DNA of 64,000 bases from an uncultured Candidatus Saccharibacteria bacterium (GCA_964428845.1 CAYRZH010000004.1:3228-67227); one strand, 5' to 3'; shown: positions 30,331-41,823, counted from the stretch's first letter. The notes: a model not told the origin generated them from the sequence alone. Numbers and translations: made by a program.

Positions 30331-31590
30331 TCACTTTGTCTTACCGAGAAATGGAATGTTGAGATGTTTTTTTGAATCGTTTCTGTTTTTGCCTTCTCTT
30401 TTATTCCTTTCCGACATTACTGGCAAACTTGATCCCATGAATACGGTATTCCGGCCAAACTCTTCTGTAAGCTCATCCACTACTTCGAAAACCCCGCTAA
30501 CGCTTTCTGGGGCATCGAATCCTCCAAAAAGATCCTTCGTGATTTCCTCGAGTGGAGTTAGGCCATAGATAGTAGCGCCCGTAGCTCTGTAAAAAACATT
30601 TTCTCTAAATAATTTATTAAATTCTCCACGGGCAGAGGAGATGAGAACAGATGGGATAGCAGTTTTCTTAAATAGAGCAACTTTCTTGTTCAAATATCTG
30701 AAGTCGGCTGTTTTTAGAAAAAAAGAAACACCAGAGGGTACCAAATCAAGACGGCGAGCTCGACCTGCCACGTTCTCTATGTGCCTTGAAAGTTCAGAAA
30801 ATATAAAAACTTTGCTTTGTGAGGTTGGATAAAACGTGCCCGTGCTGCTTAGAGATTTTGGAGTACGGCTTGAGTTCGAATTTACCTGATAAATCGACAC
30901 TCCCGTAAGCTCGAGCCATATTTCGTGATAAGGCCTGGAACAATTTTCCTTAACCCAGTCTTCACCCCTATCCAAAAAACCTTGAGCCGTTTTGATACCG
31001 CGGGCCAAGAGGTAGCTAGAGGTTTGGCCACCAATGCCCCAGATCTTGCCGACAGGAAGATCTTTGAGATACTTCCCTATTGAACCTTGTGGAATGATGG
31101 TGAGGCCTCGGGGTTTGCTCCATTTGGAGGCGACCTTGGCAAGAACCTTGGTGACAGAAAGGCCGAGCGAAAATGAGATACCGAGTTCCGTGAACAAAGT
31201 TGCCTGGATTTCGCTCAAAATATTTTCAAAACTTTGATCACGTTTCTGATCTAGCCCTGAAATATCGGCAAAACACTCATCTATACTGTACTCTTCGACA
31301 ATATCACTATAGCGGCGAACTATGCTGTACATTCGCCTGGCATAGATTTCATAGTCCCTGTAGTGAGACTGTAGCACTATCACCTGCGGATATTCCTTCC
31401 TTATCTGAAATATTGGCATAGCGCGGGTAATGCCCAAGGCCTTGGCTTCATAGCTCATGGCGGAGGCGATGCCTCGCTCGGCACCAGTGACCACCGGCTT
31501 GCCACGAAGGCTCGGGTCTCGCGCCACCTCACAAGCGACGAAGAAAGCATCGCCGTCGAGGTGAAGAATCGCCTTTGGGAAGTTTTCCAT
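30331..31590 (-). CDS. dinB: Y-family DNA polymerase (DinB/UmuC-like)
   Basis: ILHLDGDAFFV, SYEAKALGI, YSIDECFAD, KPRGL, IWGIG. Confidence 0.9.
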   Translation of the reverse strand: MENFPKAILHLDGDAFFVACEVARDPSLRGKPVVTGAERGIASAMSYEAKALGITRAMPIFQIRKEYPQVIVLQSHYRDYEIYARRMYSIVRRYSDIVEEYSIDECFADISGLDQKRDQSFENILSEIQATLFTELGISFSLGLSVTKVLAKVASKWSKPRGLTIIPQGSIGKYLKDLPVGKIWGIGGQTSSYLLARGIKTAQGFLDRGEDWVKENCSRPYHEIWLELTGVSIYQVNSNSSRTPKSLSSTGTFYPTSQSKVFIFSELSRHIENVAGRARRLDLVPSGVSFFLKTADFRYLNKKVALFKKTAIPSVLISSARGEFNKLFRENVFYRATGATIYGLTPLEEITKDLFGGFDAPESVSGVFEVVDELTEEFGRNTVFMGSSLPVMSERNKREGKNRNDSKKHLNIPFLGKTK

Positions 31591-31645
31591 AAACATGTGA
31601 TTCTGCTCTGGATTTTGCCCCTCGAGAGCGGAAATTTGTCCCAAA

Positions 31646-31756
31646 GGGGTCTTGAATAGGATACCTCGTCGAGCACGGATAAATTTTTGCTAAAATTTTC
31701 CTCGAGCTCGCGCCGTCGCGCTCGCTAGTCTCGCCTCGCCATCTATTCAAGACCCC
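31646..31756 (-). repeat. Hairpin repeat family copy 2 (14-bp arms)
   Basis: GGGGTCTTGAATAG/CTATTCAAGACCCC around the reverse-complement core. Confidence 0.8.
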
Positions 31757-31825
31757 GTGTGATACTGATATACAAACCTTCCTGCGGACTCTCTCGTAGC
31801 AACATCCAGACCAGAATCGAGCTTA

Positions 31826-32389
31826 TTAAAACTTCCTGATCACACCCTTCACTACGGCGGCGATGGTGAGGGAGTCGGTGGGGTGGATAGGCTTGTAAGC
31901 CTTGTTAGCAGGCTCGAGCCAGACTTTGCCCGCGCGCTCACGATAATACTTCATCGTCCACTCACCATCTACCTCGGCGATAACTATCTCACCGTCTTTT
32001 GCTTTATTGGTCCGCTCAGCTATTACCAGATCGCCGTCGGTGATGTGAGCTTCAATCATTGAATCACCATCTACTTCAAGAAGATAAGTCGCCTCCTTTT
32101 TTTCTACGAGAAAGTCGTCCAGGCTCATAGTGTCTAGGATCTGCTCTTCGGCGTTGGCCGGGAAACCAGCTTTGACCAAACCGAGTAATGGAACTTCACC
32201 AAAGATATTCTTGGGAATGAGCTTCCCGTATTTGTCCTTTTCCACGATCCCCTCCTCTACAAGCCTGGAGACGAGCTTGTAGACGGCATTCTTGGACTTA
32301 AAGCCAAGCAAAGACATGATCTCTCTGTAGACAGGCATGCGTTTGTGTTTCTTGTAAAAATCCAGAATTTTATTTTTATATGTTTCCAC
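31826..32389 (-). CDS. lexA: LexA repressor
   Basis: N-terminal wHTH, VKAG/FP cleavage site, GDSM Ser and TMK Lys of S24 peptidase. Confidence 0.9.
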   Translation of the reverse strand: METYKNKILDFYKKHKRMPVYREIMSLLGFKSKNAVYKLVSRLVEEGIVEKDKYGKLIPKNIFGEVPLLGLVKAGFPANAEEQILDTMSLDDFLVEKKEATYLLEVDGDSMIEAHITDGDLVIAERTNKAKDGEIVIAEVDGEWTMKYYRERAGKVWLEPANKAYKPIHPTDSLTIAAVVKGVIRKF

Positions 32390-32441
32390 TTGGGGTTATA
32401 GAAAATTAGAGAAGAATAATAAAGATGTGTCGTGGAAATAG

Positions 32442-32636
32442 TTATAAAAAATGTAGAAAAGAAAGTGAGCGGGTAAAGATACTTCCACCCCTCAAACGCC
32501 GCATCTGGGATAGAAGTAGGCGATGCTCGAGCGCTTCGGCCGCGTATGACTTGCCTTGTAAAATTTTGCGGTCGATGGATCTATTGACGGTAGCAATCTT
32601 GCGCTCAAGCACAGATCGAAGTTGTTGTTTTGACAT
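32442..32636 (-). CDS. Small hypothetical protein, first gene of the lexA-dinB operon
   Basis: ORF MSKQQLRS... between promoter and lexA. Confidence 0.6.
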   Translation of the reverse strand: MSKQQLRSVLERKIATVNRSIDRKILQGKSYAAEALEHRLLLSQMRRLRGGSIFTRSLSFLHFL

Positions 32637-32705
32637 AGTGTTACAAAATAATTCGTACATATTGCTAATTTTTACTTATAAATACCTGCTGATCTAGGTA
32701 AATGT

Positions 32706-32735
32706 AGTATAGGTGAACGTTCGTTCACCAGTCAA
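32706..32735 (-). promoter_or_regulatory. sigma70 promoter with SOS-box-like palindrome filling the spacer
   Basis: TTGACT-GGTGAACGAACGTTCACC-TATACT; GAAC-N4-GTTC core. Confidence 0.8.
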
Positions 32736-32849
32736 TGTGGATAACCTAATGGAAAACAAATATTTGCACGAGACAAGGTAAAGGTAACTTAAAAATCTAG
32801 TTTCTATGCTAGCGGCGAAAAATTCTGTATGATGAAATACGGCTAGATT

Positions 32850-33608
32850 ATGCTCCAAATCCTCCTATATTCTCTCCTCGTAATGCTTGCCTCTCTCATT
32901 GGGGTTGTTTTTGTTTGGAGGTCTATGGGGCGGTTTATAGAAAAAAATTTGAGGTATCTGGTAAGCTTTTCGGCCGGAGTTTTTCTAGTAGTAAGCTTCG
33001 GACTGACGCGCGAGACAGCTGAACACGCTGGCTCGGTATGGACCGGAATACTATGGATAGCAGTAGGTATCGTGGGAATCTGGCTCATTTTTAAATTTTT
33101 TCCACTTTTTCACCATCATCATGACAAAAAAGAGGAGAATGAGCATCATCACTCTCGTCTGGATGCGCGGCGGATAATGTTTGGTGACGGTATTCACAAT
33201 ATCGGCGACGGTATTCTCCTTGCCGCAACCTTCTCTGTCAGCTCCGCACTCGGCACCATCACCGCGTTGAGTATTTTTATACACGAGATAGTTCAAGAGG
33301 TGTCGGAATTTTTTGTGTTGAGACAGGCGGGGTTCTCTATAAAAAAGGCTTTGATTTTAAATTTCTTGGTTTCCACAACAATCCTTGTCGGTTCGATCGG
33401 TGGATACTTTTTATTAGAAACATTCAAAACTTTTGAAGTAGTACTTCTTGGTATTTCGGCTGGATCATTTCTTGTTGTAGTGCTTCATGATCTTATCCCC
33501 CACTCGGTAAGGACTTCGCATACTAAGGCACACTATTTAAAGCATGTTATGTGGTTTGTAATCGGACTGGTGTTGATGTGGGGGCTAAGTAGTCTCACCA
33601 GTCACTGA
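32850..33608 (+). CDS. ZIP-family metal transporter
   Basis: SFSAGVFL, His-rich loop HHHHD..HHHS, GDGIHNIGDG, IHEIVQE. Confidence 0.92.
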   Translation: MLQILLYSLLVMLASLIGVVFVWRSMGRFIEKNLRYLVSFSAGVFLVVSFGLTRETAEHAGSVWTGILWIAVGIVGIWLIFKFFPLFHHHHDKKEENEHHHSRLDARRIMFGDGIHNIGDGILLAATFSVSSALGTITALSIFIHEIVQEVSEFFVLRQAGFSIKKALILNFLVSTTILVGSIGGYFLLETFKTFEVVLLGISAGSFLVVVLHDLIPHSVRTSHTKAHYLKHVMWFVIGLVLMWGLSSLTSH

Positions 33609-33748
33609 AGGTAATCTTCTCAAGGTTCAAAGGATTTTGGTGTTGATAAATAGGCATGTTCTTGCATAAAGCAATGTTTCAGATAAGCTAGGGGGCAGTG
33701 TTCATTGACAGGACCAAAACAACAAAGATTTAGAGAAGGAGGTGTACC

Positions 33749-36777
<3,029 letters not shown>

Positions 36778-37009
36778 AAAAGGCGGTCACGTACCGCCAA
36801 ATTACGAGCCACCGCAACCGCGGTGCTCTTTTTTTTATATCTTCACAGCTATTTTTAGAAGTATCTTTGCGCGGCCTAGTGAATGAAGTTGGAACTGCGA
36901 TACGAGAACATGATGGATATATTTATATCCCTGTGCTGAAGTGATTTACCCCACCACACTTATCACTATATTTTACAAAATTTACAGTTCAACTTTGAAT
37001 TTAAACAAA

Positions 37010-37209
37010 AGAAAAGCGACACCCTAGAGTGCCGCCAAATTTCCTTTGTTAACTTTTACGTCCACACCTCACTGTTGAGGTAGTTAACTAGCTTTACGCG
37101 CTAAACCAATTTGGAAATATCCATATGTCCCCACATGGAACTGGTTCAGTTGCAAGGTTTGGTCATTGAGGAGCTACCCTCAGGACATCCCCTAGCAAGA
37201 TACTGCTCT
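37010..37209 (-). ncRNA. Candidate ~200-nt structured RNA
   Basis: TTGACA-17-TAGCCT at 37216-37244; stems TGAGG/CCTCA, CCAT..ATGG, ACCTCA/TGAGGT within GTTAAC/GTTAAC; terminator GCGGCACTC/GGGTGTCGC+TTTT; no ORF. Confidence 0.5.
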
Positions 37210-37380
37210 GGGTATAGGCTAGCATAAGCTATTATTTTTGTCAAGTGTTCGTAATAATGGGAGTATACTAACTTGATCTTCATCATTGAATGTGTATAAT
37301 CTAGGGGTCTTTTGGTTCAGCCATGAACTGAAAGGGTATCACATCCAAGAACTGCCCTCCTCGCGGAGGGCAGTTTCTAT

Positions 37381-37956
37381 TTACCCATTTTTACCTTTTT
37401 CTTGTCTGTGTTTAAGATCTCTTCCCCAAATATCTTCTTGAATCATTAAAACATCAGTATACCCATCAGAACCAGTGCGAAGTTCTTCCGAAATATTATT
37501 TTTAGATGAAAATACAAAAACTTTTTTACCACCCTTTTTTAAATGAGTTAACAGTGCCAAAAAATCAGAGTCGCCAGTGAAAAATATTGCTGTATCATAT
37601 TTTTTAAAATGATACATAGCATCTATTGTTATTTCGACGTCCATATTCCCCTTCTCTTGAATAGCTTCGCCATCCTTAGTTAAAATACTTATCCTTTTTA
37701 ATTCTTTTTTACGCACGACAAAGGACAAACCCTTCTTTAAGTAGGTAAAAAATTTATGTTTCCCATCCAGAGTATAGTCTCGAGTACCCTCAGCAGGATA
37801 TGCTGTGTAATAAAAGACTTCAATATTAGGTGCGTTAAATTTTGTTTTGAGAAAATTTCTGAGTTTTTCAAAATCAAAAAACCTTCCCTTCACCTTCTGG
37901 GCTTCCCAAAGATTTGATGCGTCAATAAATATGTATGCTGTATTTTTCTTTTCCAC
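37381..37956 (-). CDS. NYN/LabA-DUF88 PIN-like nuclease
   Basis: FIDASNL, EKGNMDVEI, FTGDSDF acidic motifs. Confidence 0.88.
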   Translation of the reverse strand: MEKKNTAYIFIDASNLWEAQKVKGRFFDFEKLRNFLKTKFNAPNIEVFYYTAYPAEGTRDYTLDGKHKFFTYLKKGLSFVVRKKELKRISILTKDGEAIQEKGNMDVEITIDAMYHFKKYDTAIFFTGDSDFLALLTHLKKGGKKVFVFSSKNNISEELRTGSDGYTDVLMIQEDIWGRDLKHRQEKGKNG

Positions 37957-38313
37957 GGCGAAAGTATACCAGTACTAAGGATTAAATTCACTTCCATTTT
38001 AAAGGTATTCGGGTTGGAACCAAAAAATCCTTATGGTTAAAGGATTTAGTGGTTAAAAAACTGTTGGCGCGGACTGGTGGACAACGTGGGAACTGCGATA
38101 CGCAACCATAATGGTCATATTTACATTCCTGTCCTCCAATCTACATCGTAATTATACCCCACACCTCTCGTCACTATTTATGTGGGACCAGAACATGTCC
38201 CCCACCACCATTTGACCAATTCGGTCCTATGGGTATAGTTAGTGCATACACGCCCCAGCTAGCCGCAAGGTCCGCTGGGGTTTTGTGTTATTTATTGATA
38301 ATATACGTTTTAA

Positions 38314-38910
38314 ATGAACACTATCTTGGTCATAGACGGAGAGAATTTTAAAGGCAAAGTCAAAGCCGTTTTTAAGGATGAGGGCAAGGAAAAACCTGTT
38401 TGGAACGAATATGATTTCAAAGGACTTTTCGATAAAGTTCTATCAGGAATCAAGATAACTAGAATGGTTTTTTATTTCGCTCGTATCAAAGAGCACGAAA
38501 ACAGTAAAGAGAAATCTCAACAACTTATTGAGGAACAACGGCTTCTCAAGACACATCTAGAGACACAGGGGTTTGAAGTTATTTTGAGCGGTCGAGTACG
38601 TGGACAGATGGAGACAGGTAGAGACGGCAAACAAGTTCTAATCTTCAAGGAAAAAGGTGTCGATGTAAAAATCGCAGTTGATATGGTTAGTCTTTCGTGC
38701 GACAAGAAAGTGAAGGAAATAATACTCGCCAGTTCTGACTCTGACCTACAACCAGCAATTAAAGAGGTGCGTGATAGAAAAGTACAGTGTATATATCTTG
38801 GTTTTGAGACACAACCAAACAAAGGAATGACATTTACAACAAACAGAACAATTTTAATAAGAAACTCTGAAATCTTAGAATTTGAAAAAGCTCAACAAAA
38901 GCTCATTTAG
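38314..38910 (+). CDS. NYN/LabA-DUF88 PIN-like nuclease
   Basis: VIDGENF, EKGVDVKIAVD, SSDSDL; TTGACC-17-TATAGT promoter and CCCCAGC/GCTGGGG hairpin upstream. Confidence 0.88.
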   Translation: MNTILVIDGENFKGKVKAVFKDEGKEKPVWNEYDFKGLFDKVLSGIKITRMVFYFARIKEHENSKEKSQQLIEEQRLLKTHLETQGFEVILSGRVRGQMETGRDGKQVLIFKEKGVDVKIAVDMVSLSCDKKVKEIILASSDSDLQPAIKEVRDRKVQCIYLGFETQPNKGMTFTTNRTILIRNSEILEFEKAQQKLI

Positions 38911-39928
38911 TAATTATCCCAGTGCCATCCAGTGTTTCCAAAAGAAACTTAACCTCCTCTTGTAACTTTTTGGCATTTCCGTGTTTTAAAAGCCCCAAAT
39001 AAGATTGGACCGTTTCATGATTGCCATTCTTTACCTTAATACCACGGAACATTCTTTTTTTTGTTGTAGTGCGTATAACCCTATGGTCTGTAAAGTGGAC
39101 CCAACCTAAAAAATCAACCCCCGAAGCAACAGTGTTTATAGATATTTTATTCGGGTGAAGTTCCAAGTGTAATTTGGACCAAAGAAAATCGCTTATGTTT
39201 GGCACAATACTTTCAAGCCACTTTTTATCCTTTGAAAAAATCACGAAATCGTCGGCATAACGAATATAATGTTTCGCCTTAATTTTATGCTTCACAAACT
39301 GGTCAAATCTATTCATATAGATATTCACAAAAAGTTGAGATGTTAAATTACCCAAAGGAAGGCCAACTCCTTCTGCTGTTGAATGAAAACTGCCGACAAC
39401 TTCTGATATAAGCCATTGAATATCAATATCTAATATGTGATTTTTAATGATTTCGATAAGTACAGAGTGGTCAATGCTCGCAAAGAACTTTCGTATATCA
39501 CATTTTAAAACCCACACAGTCTTAATGTGATTTTCTGATACTTCATATGAAAAATCACGGAATGCATTGAGTGCTTTGTGCATACCCTTACCTAGCCTGC
39601 ATGAATAGGAATGTGCAGTAAAAGTTTTATCGAAAAATGGGTAGAGTATCCGATATATAGCGTGATGAAGTAGTCTGTCTCTTACTTTTGCTTTATGTAT
39701 ATTTCTTGGCTTTGGGTCAGATATATTAAACGCTTGATATGGAGAATGTTTATATCCTTTGCTTGCAAGGTCTTTGTGGAGTGTGATGATATTTTGCATT
39801 AGATTTCGCTCAAACTCTTGCACGTCTTTTCTATACCGTTTTCCGCAAACAAATTCACCCCACGCCTCGAGTAGATTTTCGATGGATATTATATTGCTGT
39901 ATTGGTGAGTTAGTGTTATCTTCTTCAT
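38903..39928 (-). CDS. DGR reverse transcriptase
   Basis: RDRLLHHA, KCDIRKFFASIDH, GLPLGNLTSQ (DGR-type SQ), YIRYADDF, VDFLGW; adjacent avd and TR. Confidence 0.95.
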   Translation of the reverse strand: MKKITLTHQYSNIISIENLLEAWGEFVCGKRYRKDVQEFERNLMQNIITLHKDLASKGYKHSPYQAFNISDPKPRNIHKAKVRDRLLHHAIYRILYPFFDKTFTAHSYSCRLGKGMHKALNAFRDFSYEVSENHIKTVWVLKCDIRKFFASIDHSVLIEIIKNHILDIDIQWLISEVVGSFHSTAEGVGLPLGNLTSQLFVNIYMNRFDQFVKHKIKAKHYIRYADDFVIFSKDKKWLESIVPNISDFLWSKLHLELHPNKISINTVASGVDFLGWVHFTDHRVIRTTTKKRMFRGIKVKNGNHETVQSYLGLLKHGNAKKLQEEVKFLLETLDGTGIITK

Positions 39929-39995
39929 GCAATGCAAACTATGAAGACCCCCCCAACGGGTTTTACCGCTTTTACAGAGGTTAAAAGAGGTCTAC

Positions 39996-40325
39996 TTGTT
40001 GTGGTATGGATATTACCAAACATTACCGAAGCTACACAGACACTCACTTGGTTATAGAATTGACACTCTTTTCGTTGAAAATATAGAAGCAATATCAATT
40101 GCGAGTTTTTTGTCGAAAGAAGAAAAACATCCGTGGGTTCGACTGGCTATAAGAAAAGTAGACACTCTGAAAATACTTCTAATGGTCTTGTGGGAAACTA
40201 AATCAATAGATAACAAAAAGTATATAGCATTGTCGGTAAAAATAGACGAGATAGGAAAAATGCTTGGCGGTTGGAATGGTCAACTCTCTAAACAAAACTC
40301 TCCCATAAAAGTGGGAGAGAAATGA
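39996..40325 (+). CDS. avd: DGR accessory variability determinant (Avd/bAvd four-helix bundle); 5' end appears frameshifted at a C7 tract
   Basis: LPKLHRHSLGYRID ... EIGKMLGGW signature; frame is open back to 39945 but the nearest ATGs (39932, 39941) are in another frame. Confidence 0.88.
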   Translation: MLWYGYYQTLPKLHRHSLGYRIDTLFVENIEAISIASFLSKEEKHPWVRLAIRKVDTLKILLMVLWETKSIDNKKYIALSVKIDEIGKMLGGWNGQLSKQNSPIKVGEK

Positions 40326-40330
40326 AGTGA

Positions 40331-40461
40331 TTTGCGACGAACGAAAACGAAGCGGTTGTTGCCATTCCAGAAGTTGTCAGGGTTGCCGTTGTTGCCATTG
40401 AGCCAACGCTCATCGTTGTCGTGTTCGACATTGAACACGTTGAGGTTGCCGTTCGAGTCAG
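40331..40461 (-). repeat. DGR template repeat (TR)
   Basis: 131-bp copy of 40824-40954; AAC-rich on the minus strand; all 23 differences counted by eye fall on TR adenines. Confidence 0.96.
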
Positions 40462-40716
40462 TTTTTGTACAGGGTGTCATCCATGTCACCACCCTTTGAA
40501 TACTCTCGGGGTTGTATCGTATTCGGCATCGTAATGCCCTAACACCCTATACCAAGTATCTTCATTTTTTTGAAGTGTCTACATACACCACTCTATCCAA
40601 AACCATGGTCGTGGATATTCTCGGTGTATGGATACTGGATTCGGTAGCAAGAAACCTTAATCTCTTGCATATTCACCTACTACCGTCCAGTATTGTATCA
40701 AAATATATAAAAAGAA

Positions 40717-40740
40717 GCCCCACACATTGCTGTGCAGGGC
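40717..40740 (-). terminator. GNRA-capped hairpin downstream of the DGR target (terminator and/or DGR homing hairpin)
   Basis: GCCCTGCACA-GCAA-TGTGTGGGGC followed by TTCTTTTT. Confidence 0.65.
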
Positions 40741-40820
40741 TGGAGTTGTACGCGTATCTCCAAAGCGTGAAGGACCAAGTTCCAAGGGTCCAAAAGACCC
40801 GAGGTCCAGAGGTCCAAGTG

Positions 40821-41444
40821 CTACTTGCGACGAACGAAAACGAAGCGGCCGAAGCCATCCCAGAAGTCGCCAGGGTCGCCGTCGTCGCCATCGAGCCAAC
40901 GCCCAACGTCGTCGCGTCCGACAACGAACACGCTGAGGCTGCCGTCCGAGCCAGCGATGGGCTTCATAGCAACGATGAGCCACTCACCCTTCGGCTGGTC
41001 CGCATACTGCAAACGCAGTTGGGGACCGACTTCTGCAGGACAAGGGTCAAGACCGAGTTTGTCGGCCTTGGCTTGAATGTCCAAGAGAGTTGCTCCGTCC
41101 TCGAAGCCGAGTTCAGCAACAGAAACGTTCACGAGCTCCACGTCCATCGCGGTCTCGCTCGCCGTGAAGGCGGGCTTGCCGAGGATGTCGTTGCCCCAGT
41201 CGCCGATTTTCATTCCCGCCGCCTTGATGGCTTTGCGGAAGTCGTCGGCGGTCTTGAGCCCTGTGCCGAGCTTCAAGGTCTTCCAGACCTTCAAATCGGT
41301 CGTGGCTGACGCAGGCGGACAGAGATTGCTGAGGAACTTCTTGAGGCCCCTCGGGTTATCAATCCATCCCTGCATCACGTTCCCATCCATGTCGGGCAGG
41401 TTTTCCGAGATGCGAGCGATGAGTTTTGCTGTCTGCTTATCCAT
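40821..41444 (-). CDS. DGR target (variable) protein, probable C-type-lectin-like fold
   Basis: C-terminus encoded by VR; CPAEVGPQLRLQY, RWLDG..FW..RFVFVRRK; GAAAGGA SD. Confidence 0.92.
   Translation of the reverse strand: MDKQTAKLIARISENLPDMDGNVMQGWIDNPRGLKKFLSNLCPPASATTDLKVWKTLKLGTGLKTADDFRKAIKAAGMKIGDWGNDILGKPAFTASETAMDVELVNVSVAELGFEDGATLLDIQAKADKLGLDPCPAEVGPQLRLQYADQPKGEWLIVAMKPIAGSDGSLSVFVVGRDDVGRWLDGDDGDPGDFWDGFGRFVFVRRK
40824..40954 (-). repeat. DGR variable repeat (VR)
   Basis: Aligns ungapped with TR; 19 A>G and 4 A>T substitutions on the coding strand. Confidence 0.96.
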
Positions 41445-41590
41445 GGCGGTTTTTCCTTTCTAAGGTTTTCGCCAGTTTTCGTTTTGCCAGAGGACTCACC
41501 ACATTGGTAGTCATAGCCAGAAAACCTCATGTTTTTAAGGGCTTTTGGCTATGACTACCTTGCAAGTAACACTATCAAAGAACTGGGCTT

Positions 41591-41619
41591 AGTATACACT
41601 TAAAATATACTTCTGTCAA
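41591..41619 (-). promoter_or_regulatory. Near-consensus sigma70 promoter of the DGR target gene; 5' UTR has a long hairpin (41506-41559)
   Basis: TTGACA-17-TATACT; GGTAGTCATAGCCA/TGGCTATGACTACC inverted repeat. Confidence 0.75.
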
Positions 41620-41791
41620 TATCAACAAATAGCGCTACTTTTCTCGGTGTTTTTTTTCGTTTATTATCTTCAAAATAAAAGTCTAGAATGAGTTCGGCCA
41701 TGCCATATAGGGATTCTCTGATTTTTAGCACTTCCTCATCGGTTAGAGTTTCGTCATTCAACAATTCCCTGCATTTTTCTACTGAAAGCAT
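41600..41791 (-). CDS. Small hypothetical protein
   Basis: MLSVEKCRELL..LTDEEVLKIRESLY; preceded by the 25-bp motif. Confidence 0.6.
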   Translation of the reverse strand: MLSVEKCRELLNDETLTDEEVLKIRESLYGMAELILDFYFEDNKRKKTPRKVALFVDIDRSIF

Positions 41792-41823
41792 AGTAATTTT
41801 GATTTACCCCACCCTGCTCACCA

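Larger units (their letters stand above)
36867..38066. mobile_element. Remnant of an earlier integrative element (attL-1 + ncRNA + NYN gene), tandem with the main element
   Basis: Starts with att core TTGCGCGG, identical to 56887-56894; followed by an orphan recombinase tail and the 25-bp motif; ends at a second att-like junction. Confidence 0.65.

Noticed and set aside
38903-39928. Group II intron or retron RT
   Set aside because: SQ motif, avd and TR/VR define a DGR; no maturase/endonuclease domain or intron domain V seen.
40280-40492. 70-aa Asn-rich ORF
   Set aside because: It is the open frame of the DGR template repeat, paralogous to the VR; not treated as a gene.
40512-41463. Long plus-strand ORFs (265 aa, 128 aa) over the DGR target, and similar antisense ORFs over other GC-rich genes
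   Set aside because: Shadow frames from codon bias; no recognisable motifs or start signals.
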